This document shows, one piece after another, positions 12,141 to 24,804 of a DNA stretch of 64,000 nt. The stretch is from Epiperipatus broadwayi. Lineage: Eukaryota; Animalia; Onychophora. Location: positions 16,802,001 to 16,866,000 of the forward strand of contig JAQFVV010000003.1 of assembly GCA_028023455.1 (NCBI GenBank). The letters run 5' to 3'. The first letter of the stretch is position 1, and every line of letters starts with the position of its first letter. The notes beneath the pieces were generated by a model. It searched no databases. It was not told where the DNA came from and was given only the letters and a program-made list of their open reading frames with translations. The translations under genes and the position numbers were made by a program.

Positions 12141-15134
12141 AATGTCTGGGTGCTCTAGCTATTTATCACAGTGAAAGTGTGATAGGTAGCATATCTCCAA
12201 CAACACAACACTTCTGCAGGAATGTCAACTAGCATTCCAGTTCGGTCAAGATCTTCCCTTGTAGATGCTCACCAGGAGCTCTAATCAGTAAGTTGTATTT
12301 GCATTTGGTTGCAGTATTATTTTAATTGTAAGCTATAATTTTGTAATAGTCACTTGATTTTATATTTTAGGTAAATTCTGTCTAACAAGATAAAGTGGTT
12401 GCCACAAACTGACAGGTAGGATAAATAATAATACTACATTGCATTGCCTCTAAACCACTAACTTATGTACCTCAAGTTTAAATCTATAATGAATTTAGTA
12501 TTTCATTCACTTTTTATTTGGTTTTATTATTTTATTTTGTATATATTGACTATTTTAGTAGTAAGTTTTAATAAATTACAAACTTTATTGAGGTTCTTCA
12601 TTATAATATTCAAATTATACTAATTATTGATCAATATTAACTACTTGTTATTAGGGATGACACATTCATTCCAAACCCCTGTATGGAAAAACACTTTGAA
12701 GGGCTACTAGAAAAATGAAAGGTACTAATATTAGGTAAGTGTTATTATATATCAATTTATTGGAAATTTAATGATGAATGTGAATAATTTACTAACAAAA
12801 GTATCGTTTTAAAATTTATGCATGAAAATTTAAAACTTATGAAATGATATGAAAATAATTATTAGAAATATTAAAATTTTGTTCTTTTTTATTACTTTGA
12901 ATACCAATGGCTATATTTTTTTCAGCTTAATTACATTCTTTGGTGTTTTATGTTTTAAAAAATATATATTATGTTATTTTTGAATAATATTAACTTAAGT
13001 TATTATAAAATTTGTGGGTTAGCATAATTTTTTAAATATTCAATATGGCTGCATTGCCAGTAAAATGGTTAAACCTGTTTTTTTTTTTTTTTTTTTTTTT
13101 GATACAATATTTCAATAATCACATGTATAACAGATTATTCAATTTTTTACAAATTTATTCCAATTGAACCTCTATAATTTTTTTTCATTAAACTATGATT
13201 TGATTCTTTTATCAATAGCTTATGAAAAATGCATTACATTGTCATAAGAGATGTCAATGATTTCCTTATCAACTTGTATTTGATTTTGTTTAGACCAAAA
13301 TAGAAACCTTTTGTATGATATTAATGAATAATCTTGTTTGTATAAATTTATACTGTATTGGTTCAGATGCATTTCAAGTACAATAATGATGATAATGTCA
13401 AATGTATATAGAAAAAATGGAATAAATGATGAAATGGAGATCATTATAATAATTGTAAAGAGAAACTGATATTGTGAATGATAATAAAAGTTTTAATAAA
13501 TAACTATTTTTTAATAACCAATTAATTTCATATTACATGTTTATCTCATTGGATGCTGAGCTTTTCAATGATCTAGGATAGGATGTTGCTATCTTTATCC
13601 TTTCTACCATTAACATTTATATCATACTTAAAATACATCAATATAAATGATTGCATAATGTAGAATAAAATGCACCAACATCTGTACCTAGAATACCATA
13701 TACCAATCCTTTGAGTGTGGATATTACTATACTCTAAGCTGTCTGTGACTAATTTTTACCTTCATGCAGGTTGTACCAGAATGATACCTTTAAGCAATAT
13801 TGGGCTAGTGGTCAGTTACTGAAACATGCCACTAGTGATACTAAAATATAAACATCTATTTATTTATTTTAATTTTAAACTATATATAAAACAATATTTT
13901 AGATCATATTTTTTTACATTATCAAAATGGTCAATTACAGAATAAGTTATAAACACTATTAAATGCAGCTAGTAGGATTAGAATTGTAGACATTTTTCAG
14001 ATTACAATCAGAATTTATTTATTTCAAAATGATACATATATATTCTTTAATTAAAAATTTCACTTCATATGTTACAATTTTCCTGACAATAAAACCCAAC
14101 TTTAATTTGTATAAATAATATTCAAAATCATTAATAATAACATGTACAGAATTAATAACAGAAATTTAAACTAATACTAATATATTATTAGTTTCTGTTA
14201 AAATTAAATTTTTTCAAACATATTTTGAAATAAAAATTAAGTAGCAGTAATATGGTTAATCCCAAGTAACGTGCTGCTACATTGAATAAGTAACACCTAA
14301 GACATATTCTTTATTACTGATTAGGGGATTTTGCACAAATCTAGGATATTGACTTCTACATATTGAAAAATGAGTGACATAATGGTAAATGTAATGTGTC
14401 CTAACTTACAATCAGTATATGTTTCTAGTATCATTTTTCCTAAATAAAATTCTTCAAAATAAATACATACAAAATGTATATAAAGAGAAGTTTAATTTAT
14501 TACTTTTACAGCATAGTATGCAAAGCAGGCTGTTAAAGTATTAAACTAAACTTTTATATATAGTATGTATTTATTTTGAATTACATTTGTCTGAGAAAAG
14601 GTTTTTAAAAGATTGAAGTTAGATTAAGTTAGTTTATTGATTAATTACGATGTTTGAGAAACAAATCTTTCACTGCATGTAATTATCTTCTTCTCAATAT
14701 ATGTGAAGCATGATACTAATAAAATGAAGAAACCATATTTTTCCTTGCCATCCCCATGTCATAAGTGCATAGAATAATATATCTTGAGAGGAATCTTTCC
14801 AAATCAGTAATAAATTATTAGTAGTAAGAAATTTAGATATATAATATAATGGTTAACAATATACATAAATAATTGCAAATGGCATTATTAAAATGACTTT
14901 TTCATTACAAACATGAATCAAAATAATGATATTTCTCATAAAATTCAATATTGTTGCACATACAATTATTGTTATAACATTGATATGATTTGATTAAAAG
15001 TGGCTCCTAATTTTTTTTCAGGAATCAAAAAATAATTGCTTTTGTTTTATTTACATTAATTATATAAAATTATTTATCTTAACCAATGTTTCATAATAGA
15101 CAAGTTATGCATAACATACATATGTAGGCAATCT

Positions 15135-17955
15135 CTAGATATATCAAAAGGTCATTAACATGTGCATGTGTTATATAATTCAACTTATCTTCAAATAATG
15201 ATTTGTCCAGATTCCATTTTATCTTGATCAAATTGAGCATTTGTCTCTACAGACCAATGGATGTATGAATTGATGATATATTCGATAGCTCAAGGTGATG
15301 AAGCTCAGTAAATCTGATTTCCCTCATTATGGAAGGGGATCTAGTTTTAAATAGGCAATCCAGTTGGAGATAAAATCAAACAACAAGACAATATACCCGT
15401 AGTTCATTACATGGCTAAAATAGTGAGGCAAATTCCAACTAGAACTAGCAGCTCCTAGATATAAACCTGATATGAGGAAAGCTGTCACAGTTCCATTAGA
15501 AGTGTTACCATACTTACACACAAGGCAAGCTGTCATAGAATAGCAAAAAGATTTAGATTAATCTAGAGAAACACCCGAGTCTCTTCTTTCAAAAACTGCA
15601 CAGCAACTAAACATAACAATTCACCAATGATATAAAGTGAAGTGATAACAGTTGTAAAGTAAATATATTTTCATATTTGTTTTAATAAATAATATGAAAA
15701 TATGTAGGCAAAATAGATTTGATGTAGTCAGACAGTTGTAGTAAGACAGTTGGCTCTTATGAGCACTACAGATTTACAAAACATCCTTTTCCATGATGAA
15801 AAAGTTTTAAAATGACAAGATCTTGCTCCCAAAGATTGTTAAGATCTGTGTCATTAATTATAAAAAATGACAGCCATCATTATTAGTATGTCAGTAGGAA
15901 TTAAATAAGCAAATCAGAGCAGTTGTCCATTTACTATAAAAAAAAATCAATATGGCCCAAATTGGCTAACTAAATGAACTTGATATGGCCTGTCCAAAAA
16001 ATTCACCAAACTATATGGATCAAATGCTTTTAAATTAAAAAGCTAATTATGTAAAATTAGCCACATTTATAACTATCTGTAGTTCTCAGACTTATAAGAT
16101 CTTTAAAACAGGCAAAAACTCTCAATACAATATTGCCACTCAATGCAATCATGATGATCATGTGATTTTATAAGATCTTACATACACAAGCAGTTCTGAT
16201 ACTTTTGGTTGAGCTTGATTTTGATTAAGTGCAATTTCTATAGTTAATTTTTTTCTGCCCAAAACCTTTAATGGTAATTCAGAGATATAATTTCAATCTC
16301 TGTAAACAAGGGGAGAATGTAAGAATTTTTGCTGCTAAGTTTGGGGAGGTAGCATTTAGCTATGAGTTTGGGAACTTTTTAAATGAAGTTCTTAGAGAGT
16401 ATTTCATTTGTGAATGAAAGATTTACAACCTTAGATTTACTATGTTGATGGAACATGATATCACATTTGTTTTAGCTGTCTCTAAGGTAATTCCATTGAA
16501 GAAAATGGACCACAGTATTAAATTTTCAATGAACACAAATGAAAAACTTTACTATAGATTGTGACAAACCAAAACCCACACACACCTAATGTCCAACATG
16601 GATAGAGTGTGTGGAAATTGTATGCATGTTGCTTATATTTAAAAAGACAAAAACAAATTGTTCAAAAAGAATGAAAGAGTCCATTCCAAAAAGCTGGAAG
16701 GGCAATGTAAAGTCAAATAATATCAATGTTAGCATAAATTATGTGAAAAGCACTAATTGGATTTTCAAATACAAAATAATTATTAATGATATATAACAAT
16801 GGAACTGGGTATGAGGACTGCAGTATCCATTGCAGTAAATAATATGTGACTATCAGTAATAGAAAAAAATAATTACCTGCATTCTAGAAGTAGAGTGGCT
16901 ATTGATCATCAAAGCCATCAAATACCACTCTTGTGTCAAACAGAGATTGAAGTTACTATGTTTAGTAAAACAAATCATTTGTCTCTTATTGTGCCTGCTG
17001 GTAAGAATATCAGTTTATTATGTTATGACTGGTTTAATCAATTGGAATTAATAGTGACTAAAGTGAAACATCTCACAAAAATAAAATCAAAACAGGTCTA
17101 CCCAAAGAGGATTAATGATAAACTGAGTATAAACAATAGGACAATTCATTAAAATATGTGTCAATATGTGGGCAGGTTCTCAATATCTATGTCAAATCTT
17201 CAAGGCAATCATAAAATATTCCAGCAGTTGCAATCAAATTAAAAAAATTACATATAGTGGCATTTCAAACAGCAGACAGATAGCTACACAATAGGCATAG
17301 CACCAGCTAAAATGGAACTATAGGTTATCAGTCAACAGTGAAGATTCACTTGCTAACAATGAAGAGTCTATAAGATTCAAAGTCACTTGATATACAAATA
17401 ATGACACCAGATCTGTTGATAAAAACAACATGGTAAAAAATATAGCTCAACTTACCACAAAAATGGACTGATCTAGATTCCATGTTAACTTGATTGGATT
17501 GATTATTCATCACTTCAGACTGATGGATATATAAATTGATAAGGTATATACAATAGCAGAAACAGGCCAATAGGTGGTGGTGCTCAGTAAATCAGATTGC
17601 TTTCGCTATGAAAAAGCATCTGGCTATAAATAGGCAATCAATTTGAAAGTAAATTCAAACAATAACAAATTACCATCAGAGATCAACATAATTATGGATT
17701 TGTCCACTATATAGGCAAAGCAATAAGGCAAATTTACACTAGGACTGGAAGTTTTTAGATATAATCCTGACATGAAGCAACCTGTCACACTACAGCTGGA
17801 TGTTGTACACTACCTACACATAAGGCAATATATCATGATACAGCTGGAAATGTTAAGTAAACCTGGAAGAGCACTTGAGTCTTTTTCTTTAATAATTACA
17901 TGGCAACTAGATGATATACATCATCAATGGTATCAGGTGAAGATATAGCAGTTGT
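15135..17955 (+). mobile_element. Old, internally deleted Ty3/Gypsy LTR retrotransposon with two diverged LTRs
   Basis: Direct repeats at about 15135-15655 and 17405-17955 (e.g. gctcagtaaatctgatt / gctcagtaaatcagatt; aaataggcaatc in both). The interior has gag-like EFGNFLNEVLREYF (about 16360) and the post-protease segment SLLCYDWFNQLEL, resembling SLLGRDWL..L.L (ORF 16895-17152). RT is missing. Confidence 0.75.
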
Positions 17956-20354
17956 ATATATTATAAATATATTTGTATATTTATTTTAATAAATATTAAA
18001 TCATATTTATGCCAATTACATTCATATGTAAACACAACAGAATATAAAGTTGAATAAAGAAATAATTCAAAATAATATATTACAAACAGTAATGGACCTA
18101 ATACCAATTTCTAAAAACTCCTTTATTAATAATCATAATATTAGTAATAATATTACCAATTTTAATTATTTATTTCCTATTTTGTAAGTAAGTAATAATC
18201 CATTATACTAAACAATTGTAAATTCCATAAGAAGCTATCTAATATAAAGTATGTTGAAAGTATATCATATTGAATACCATCAGATATTTTAGTTAGATCA
18301 AAAAATATACTAATATTTTAGTGAATGGTTTTCAAAGATTTAGTAATGCAACACATATTTTTATTAACCATATATGTAATTATTTCACACAGTAAAAAAT
18401 TAAATTGTTTAATCAAAAGGTATGTTATTGATGGATAAATAACATAATAATTGGATTTAAAAGCCAATACAAGAAGTTTGAAAAATAAACAGTATAATCA
18501 TTATAGGTATATATTTATCAACCAATCTTTTATCTCCTTTTTTAAAATTATAATTCATTATCTTTGAAAAATAATCTGCAAAAAAACAATAATGAATAAC
18601 ATTTAAAAATAAAAGCCATGACTAAGCTCTGACTCATAGAGATAGTGTTTCATAACAAATATTAAATTTATAACCTCCTTATCAGAAACAGGCAGTAAAT
18701 TAGTTGCACCATCAGTCAAATCATTTATTATATTTTTATTACTATCAGTATTAGGTTAAGGAAGGTTAGCATCAAGAATAAAATTAGGAATATCAATCAA
18801 TTCATCATTAATCGTTTGATGTGACATATTTCTTTTTTCAATAAAGAGTGATATAATTAATGTAATGATCTCCTTTGGTCTGTTTACACATCAACTTAAT
18901 TTTCTTATTCAATTGGGTGATCAAACTTATAAAAATACCCCTTTTATAAAGATGCCACTTATGCTTTATGAGAAAAAATATTTTATTGAGAATCCAGAAT
19001 GAGTTAGGGCACATTTTGCTGTTATCAGAACTTTTATCAAAGAATCACTAAATATAGACATACAGACATTATGAAAATTTTTAAAAAGTCAAATCAATGC
19101 CTTTTAGTCTAAAAACTGTGCCAGTAGGTTTAGTTATAATGAATTTAATTAGAACGAGTAGAATTGCTGAATAAAAACTCACTTTAATTTTAATTTTAAC
19201 TGATATATTTATTACTAAATGACCAGCTGTTAAAATTTCTGTAATTGTAATCAAATATTTTACTTTTTATAAACACATGATTAAAAAGAGAACAGGGATG
19301 ATCAGAAATTTTAGTAGGTGAAAACAAAACTTATTGGAAACTATGACAGTTTAGAATATTTAAAATAATTAATAACTTCTGAGTTATAATCTTGTCCCAT
19401 ATTATTCAAAACATGTTCTAACTATTCAAAAAAAAAAAAATCAATATTTAATAAATGTAAATGATATAAACCATGATAGAAATATCAATGTTATTATCTG
19501 TAACAAAAGAAATTACTGAACTCTCAGAGGTTTTCATATCTATTATGGAAAAGTTGAAATAATATAAGGTGATAATGTCAACATAATGTAGATCTCTTAT
19601 TAAACATAACAATTCTTCCAAAAATCATAATTCCTCTTGATCTGCAAAATACACTAATATAATGTTACAATTTTATAATTCATTCAATATATACTTAGAT
19701 TTTCATCAAAACATTTTTACTTATATCCTGTATTAAGTGTCATTAGATGAGGCAATAAAGTATTGAAGTTTGATTTAAAACTCTGACTATTTATAGCAAA
19801 TATATTGTAACCAGTATTTATATTATTTTGACCTGTGGAGTTTTGAATTATCGAATCCTTTTCCATTAGTCATAAACATGGAAGATCCTTCACTGGTCTA
19901 CACAATTATTGTAGGCAAAGTATTTTGTCTCTAATTCTCCATTAATAAAATTCTTTCCCTTAAAGAATAAATAAACTTATTTAAGCCTCTAAATTTTTCC
20001 TAGCTGTCTCTAATAATTTCTAGATTTATCCATTAAGACTTCTCCAAATTAATTATATCTTCATCAAGTAAGATGAATATTATTTTACTAAACTTTCCAT
20101 ATTAAATCCTATAACTACAGGATTTGGATGATTGTCATGTGGTCTCTTCTGATATATAACATTGAAATCATATAATAATTAGTTATGTAAATCTTTTTTT
20201 TTAATAAATACATATTAGGTAAAGATTGATTTTCTCTAGGTGGAATATTTTGATTTCCAACATTTTTATTTAACATAATGAGGAGGATTTTTTTCACCTC
20301 ATAATATAATAGTTTATATTTTTAGTTAAATCCATTTTTTGATCATATATATAT

Positions 20355-20578
20355 GTAATATCAAATAATATAAGTATAACAACAATATTCACTAGAATAA
20401 AAACTACAAAATTTTTAAAAATGCCTGTATAAAATTAAAGATTAAAATTCTTTGCTATAGCTAGCTTCGGCGTAGATGGCGGAATACGCCGAAGCTAGCT
20501 ATAGCAAAGAATTTTAATCTTTAATTTTATACAGGCATTTTTTAAAATTTTGTAGTTTTTATTCTAGTGAATATTGTT
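20355..20578. mobile_element. Young near-perfect fold-back insertion (94-bp arms) in a TA run
   Basis: Arms 20381-20474 and 20485-20578 differ at one position by my alignment; loop gatggcggaa. It is absent from the paralogous site at about 22650-22685. Confidence 0.9.
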
Positions 20579-21550
20579 ATATATATATAATGTTTGTTAA
20601 TAAAATTTATATAATTAATAAGTAAATTGATAAAAATAGATTGATAACATTAAGTAGTGTATAATCAAGGTCTATTTGAAAATATTTTTTTTTAATTTAG
20701 ACTCTGCTATGTTAATGCCAAAGAAATGATATGCACTATTGAAAAAGTATATTACAGTAAAGAATTTAATTTAAATTATGTAAATTCCAATGAGTTTTTA
20801 ATTGCACATAAAAATTTATTAATCAATAATATGATTAAACCCAAATATGAAAATAAGACCTGGAGGTAAAATAAGAAAATATTTACTGGCTTCCCATCTA
20901 TTGTATATGTTACCAAAAGTAGAAATAAAGTCAAAATTCCCAATATGAAAAGGCTAAGTGAAGTGGGGTGGAAGGAATTTCTCCAAATACTATAAAAATT
21001 CTTTTTATAGGTTTTTTTTTGTTGTGTTTAAAAATAAAGTTACACCTTATTATCTGGCTACATACATCGTGATTCCTTCTGGGAACCCATTTCTGATGAT
21101 TGACCATGCAGCAGACTGTTCATCTGCAAGCAAAAAATGTATTTGGTGCACATAGGAAAAATACTGCAGCCAGATATCAAAGAATGTAATGCTAATTTTG
21201 GTGTAAACTTTTGAAAGTAAACTATTGAAAGTAACAATCAATGTCCAGTTTCCCACAGACCCTATTCCAGTTGAATGATCTGCAAGATGTCCAATTATCT
21301 ATGTGAGTTCAGATCAACTAGTATGTGTCTCATGCTTTATAATTCATCAGATGGATCAGCCTAAACTGTGGACTGGGTAAATATGAATTGTAGTATTATA
21401 ATATAATTGGACTCATTGTGATAAAGTTACTAAATTTGGGTATAAATTATTATATTACAAATAGTAATGAAAATGAAAGAAAAAGATAGCATATCATTAA
21501 ATAAATTATGCAAATTAATATGTACTTTATAAATCTATTAATTTTAGCTT

Positions 21551-21582
<32 letters not shown>

Positions 21583-23448
21583 TATTTAGTCATCAGATAA
21601 TTTAATAAAAATAGATTTGATCTATCCTGTAAGGTGGATTAAGTGTTAGAATGTTTATATCATGGTTTGAATTGTCTTTTATTGATGTGATATTTTCTAA
21701 ATAAACTCTGAGAGAGATTTGATATTGTTACTAGATACCATCTTGTTATGTGCAGGTTGCCTTCAGTTGAAAGAAATATTTATTCATAGGAAAATATGAA
21801 TCACATTAATTTATGTCTAGATTAAATCAGTTGCTTGCTTGTAATCTTCTTGTATTGCCAGGACCAGCATCCTTGGTTAAAAAGGAAAGATCATATATAC
21901 CTCTTGGAAATGTTCTTTTGTTTTGATATTTGTATATAAAGTTTATCTAGGGTCAGAATTCATGCTTGGGTAGTAATAGATTGTAATTGACCTTATGTGA
22001 GGATTTAAATAATGATCGAATAACTTCATTATACTTTCTTAAAGTGTGGGATTAATAATTATAATGTAAAACTAATTCTTGAGATTCTATGTGCATTTTT
22101 TATGTATTTAACTAATTAAATATTCTATCTACCAAACATCCATCTATTATCTTTTCGATATATTTAAAGAGGCAATATAAACCAATTTTATCTGAAACCA
22201 ATTTTATCTGAGTTGGATGTTCGCATACATAAACATCTGGTTTATTGCAGATGTGTGATTGTTAGTAAAAATAAATTATAACCAGCTTTCTAAAGCTGGG
22301 AAACAAGAATATCCCTAGTGACTCTGGTTACATGCTTTGGTCATGGTGACATGTGCTAATGATCATGCATGCTTTGTATGCATCAATTTGTATTACCACA
22401 TAGTATATACTAGAGTTATAAAATAGAAAATATCACCCAATGTGGGGTTTTAGAACATAATCATGAGAGAAGGAGGGAGAAGACTAGTATTTGGGGCATT
22501 TGTAGTTTAGGTGTGGGAGTAGGTAGGATTTGGGGGAAAAGCATAGATCAGAGAGAGGGAAATTTTTATTATTATTATTATTTTCCTGAGAGAGAAATGA
22601 TGAGGTGGATTTTTTCCACATCATAATATAATGGTTTATATTTTATTTATATTCATTATGTTATATAGTATATATTGTTTTTTAATAAAATTTATGTAAT
22701 TAATAAGTAAACTGACAAAATACATTAATAACATTAAGTAGTATGTAATCAAGATCTATTTAAAAATATATTTTTAAATTAGACTCTAGTATGTTAATGT
22801 GATGGAAATGATACATGCTATTGAGAAAGTATATTACAGTAAAGAATTTAATTTAGATTTTGTAAATCACAATGAGTTCCTAAATTGCGCATAAAAATTT
22901 ATTAACTTTTTATAATCTAAGTGGCCATCTTGAATTAAAAAAAAAATTACAAGTATAATTTAAAACATATATTCCATTTGAATACAGTAAATATAAAAGT
23001 ATATACATTTTTAGAACCAGAAAATATGAATGAATGTAATAAAACTGATAAAATAATTATTACTTTAAAAAAATTAAGAAAAAAGAGATTTTTTAACACT
23101 TTTAAACATCTTTATTTTTACATTTGTTCATAAATTCTAAATTTTGAAAGTTAAGTGTTAAAATGACAATTTCTTAGACAGCATCATCACACGTGTCTCA
23201 AAATGCTTAAAAAATGATATATAATATGTCTTACCTGATGTAATTTTTCTATGAAAAAATTACAAAAACAGTCCAATTGGTAACTTCCATTTTTACTAGC
23301 TGACCTCCATTTTTACTGCTGATCCCAGATTCTGTTCTTCCATATCAGGGTATCTACTAGAAATATTTGGTTGTCCTTCCATTCAGAGTATCTGTTAGAA
23401 ATATGTTTGGTCTTTAGTGGGGGGAAAAATAACAGGAATAATTTACAA

Positions 23449-23748
23449 GATGTTATGCAAAGAGGACTTTAGTAAATTGTAATGTATTATATTCCAATAT
23501 TATTATATATTACTTAATTATATTATATTAGTAAAAAATGGGTGTGACCTAAAATGTTTATTCTTTTCAAAAAAGTGTACTCAAATAAATATCAAACAGT
23601 ATGAGATATTATGCAAAGACAACTTTAGTAAATTGTAATATATTTAAAAATATAATTAATTATTATATTATTGGGGAAGGAGGACACCTAAAATATGTAT
23701 TCTTTTCAAGTAAATAAAGTGTACTCAAAAAATAAATATCAAACAAAA
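23449..23748. repeat. Tandem duplication of a ~155-bp unit
   Basis: gatgttatgcaaagaggactttagtaaattgtaat...aaagtgtactcaaataaatatcaaaca is repeated with divergence. Confidence 0.8.
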
Positions 23749-24512
23749 ATTTCTCTAAGATAAAATGAATAAAAACTAAATAAATCAATAAACATAAAAA
23801 TAAACAAATTTATTATGAGCACTGATTACATATGTGTGTGAGATATGATGTACATGAAGGAGATGGCTGAGAGTATATGATCAAGTCTGGATGTTTACAT
23901 TTGTATATCATTGAAACATTTTTTATCTAAAATTACATATTTCTTTTTTTCAATATATATTTATTTATATAAAAAAATAATAAAAAAATAAGTAATAAAA
24001 GTAATTGAATACTCACTGACTCATGCAGCAAAAGGGTTTACACATTCATGTTACTTTATTTCTATATCAAGCAGTAAGAGAATACAATTCAGCCATAAAA
24101 AAAAATTTCCAGTTAAACATCTAAAAAAAATGAGAAAAAGAAAAAATTAAAAATTATAGTTTAGAAAAAAAATCATAAAAAATCCAAATTTCATCATAGA
24201 AAAAAAAGCTCATCTGAATCAGAATAAAATGACAGATCGAATGGTCCGAGACCTGTAAGTATATGATTTACCGATTCTGCACAAACTCAGTTGAAACTCT
24301 AAATTTTTGAACAGGGACACTCAGGGGCTATTTGGACTCATGATTAAACCCAGATAAGAAAATAAGACCTGGAAGTGAAATAAGAAAATAAAATATATAT
24401 TGACTTCACATCTCTTGTATATGTTACCAAAATTAGAACTACTGTATGAATTTCTCAATATGAAAAGGCTGAGTGATGGGGGGGAGGGAGAGTTTTCACA
24501 TACTATAAAATA

Positions 24513-24804
24513 TTTACTGAGGCTATAACCTTGAGAATATGCGTGTAAAATGCGATAGTATGGACCTCTACAGGTGTTTAACCACAAGCTTACATTATGG
24601 AAGAAAAGAGGGAAACCCTTCTTTACTTCAACCTACTTTCTATTTAAATAGGTGAAGCTGAAGCGGTTAGATCTGCGAGCATGAAGCTTGTGGTTAAACA
24701 CCTGTAGAAGTCCCAACTATCACATTTTACATGCATATTCTCGAGGTTATAGCCTCAGTAAATATTACTTACATAATCAATTTGCGTTTAATAAATTTAT
24801 AATT
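24513..24804. mobile_element. Asymmetric fold-back insertion with 13-bp TSD
   Basis: Inverted arms of about 83 bp (about 24508-24591 and 24684-24766) and an extra right tail containing aataaa. Perfect direct repeat atactataaaata at 24500-24512 and 24805-24817. The paralogous site at about 20985-21000 is empty. Confidence 0.88.

Noticed and set aside
20381-20578. Palindromes as assembly or chimeric-read artefacts
   Set aside because: Arms carry mismatches, most inserts have one-sided tails and flanking direct repeats, and empty paralogous sites exist; artefacts would not produce these.
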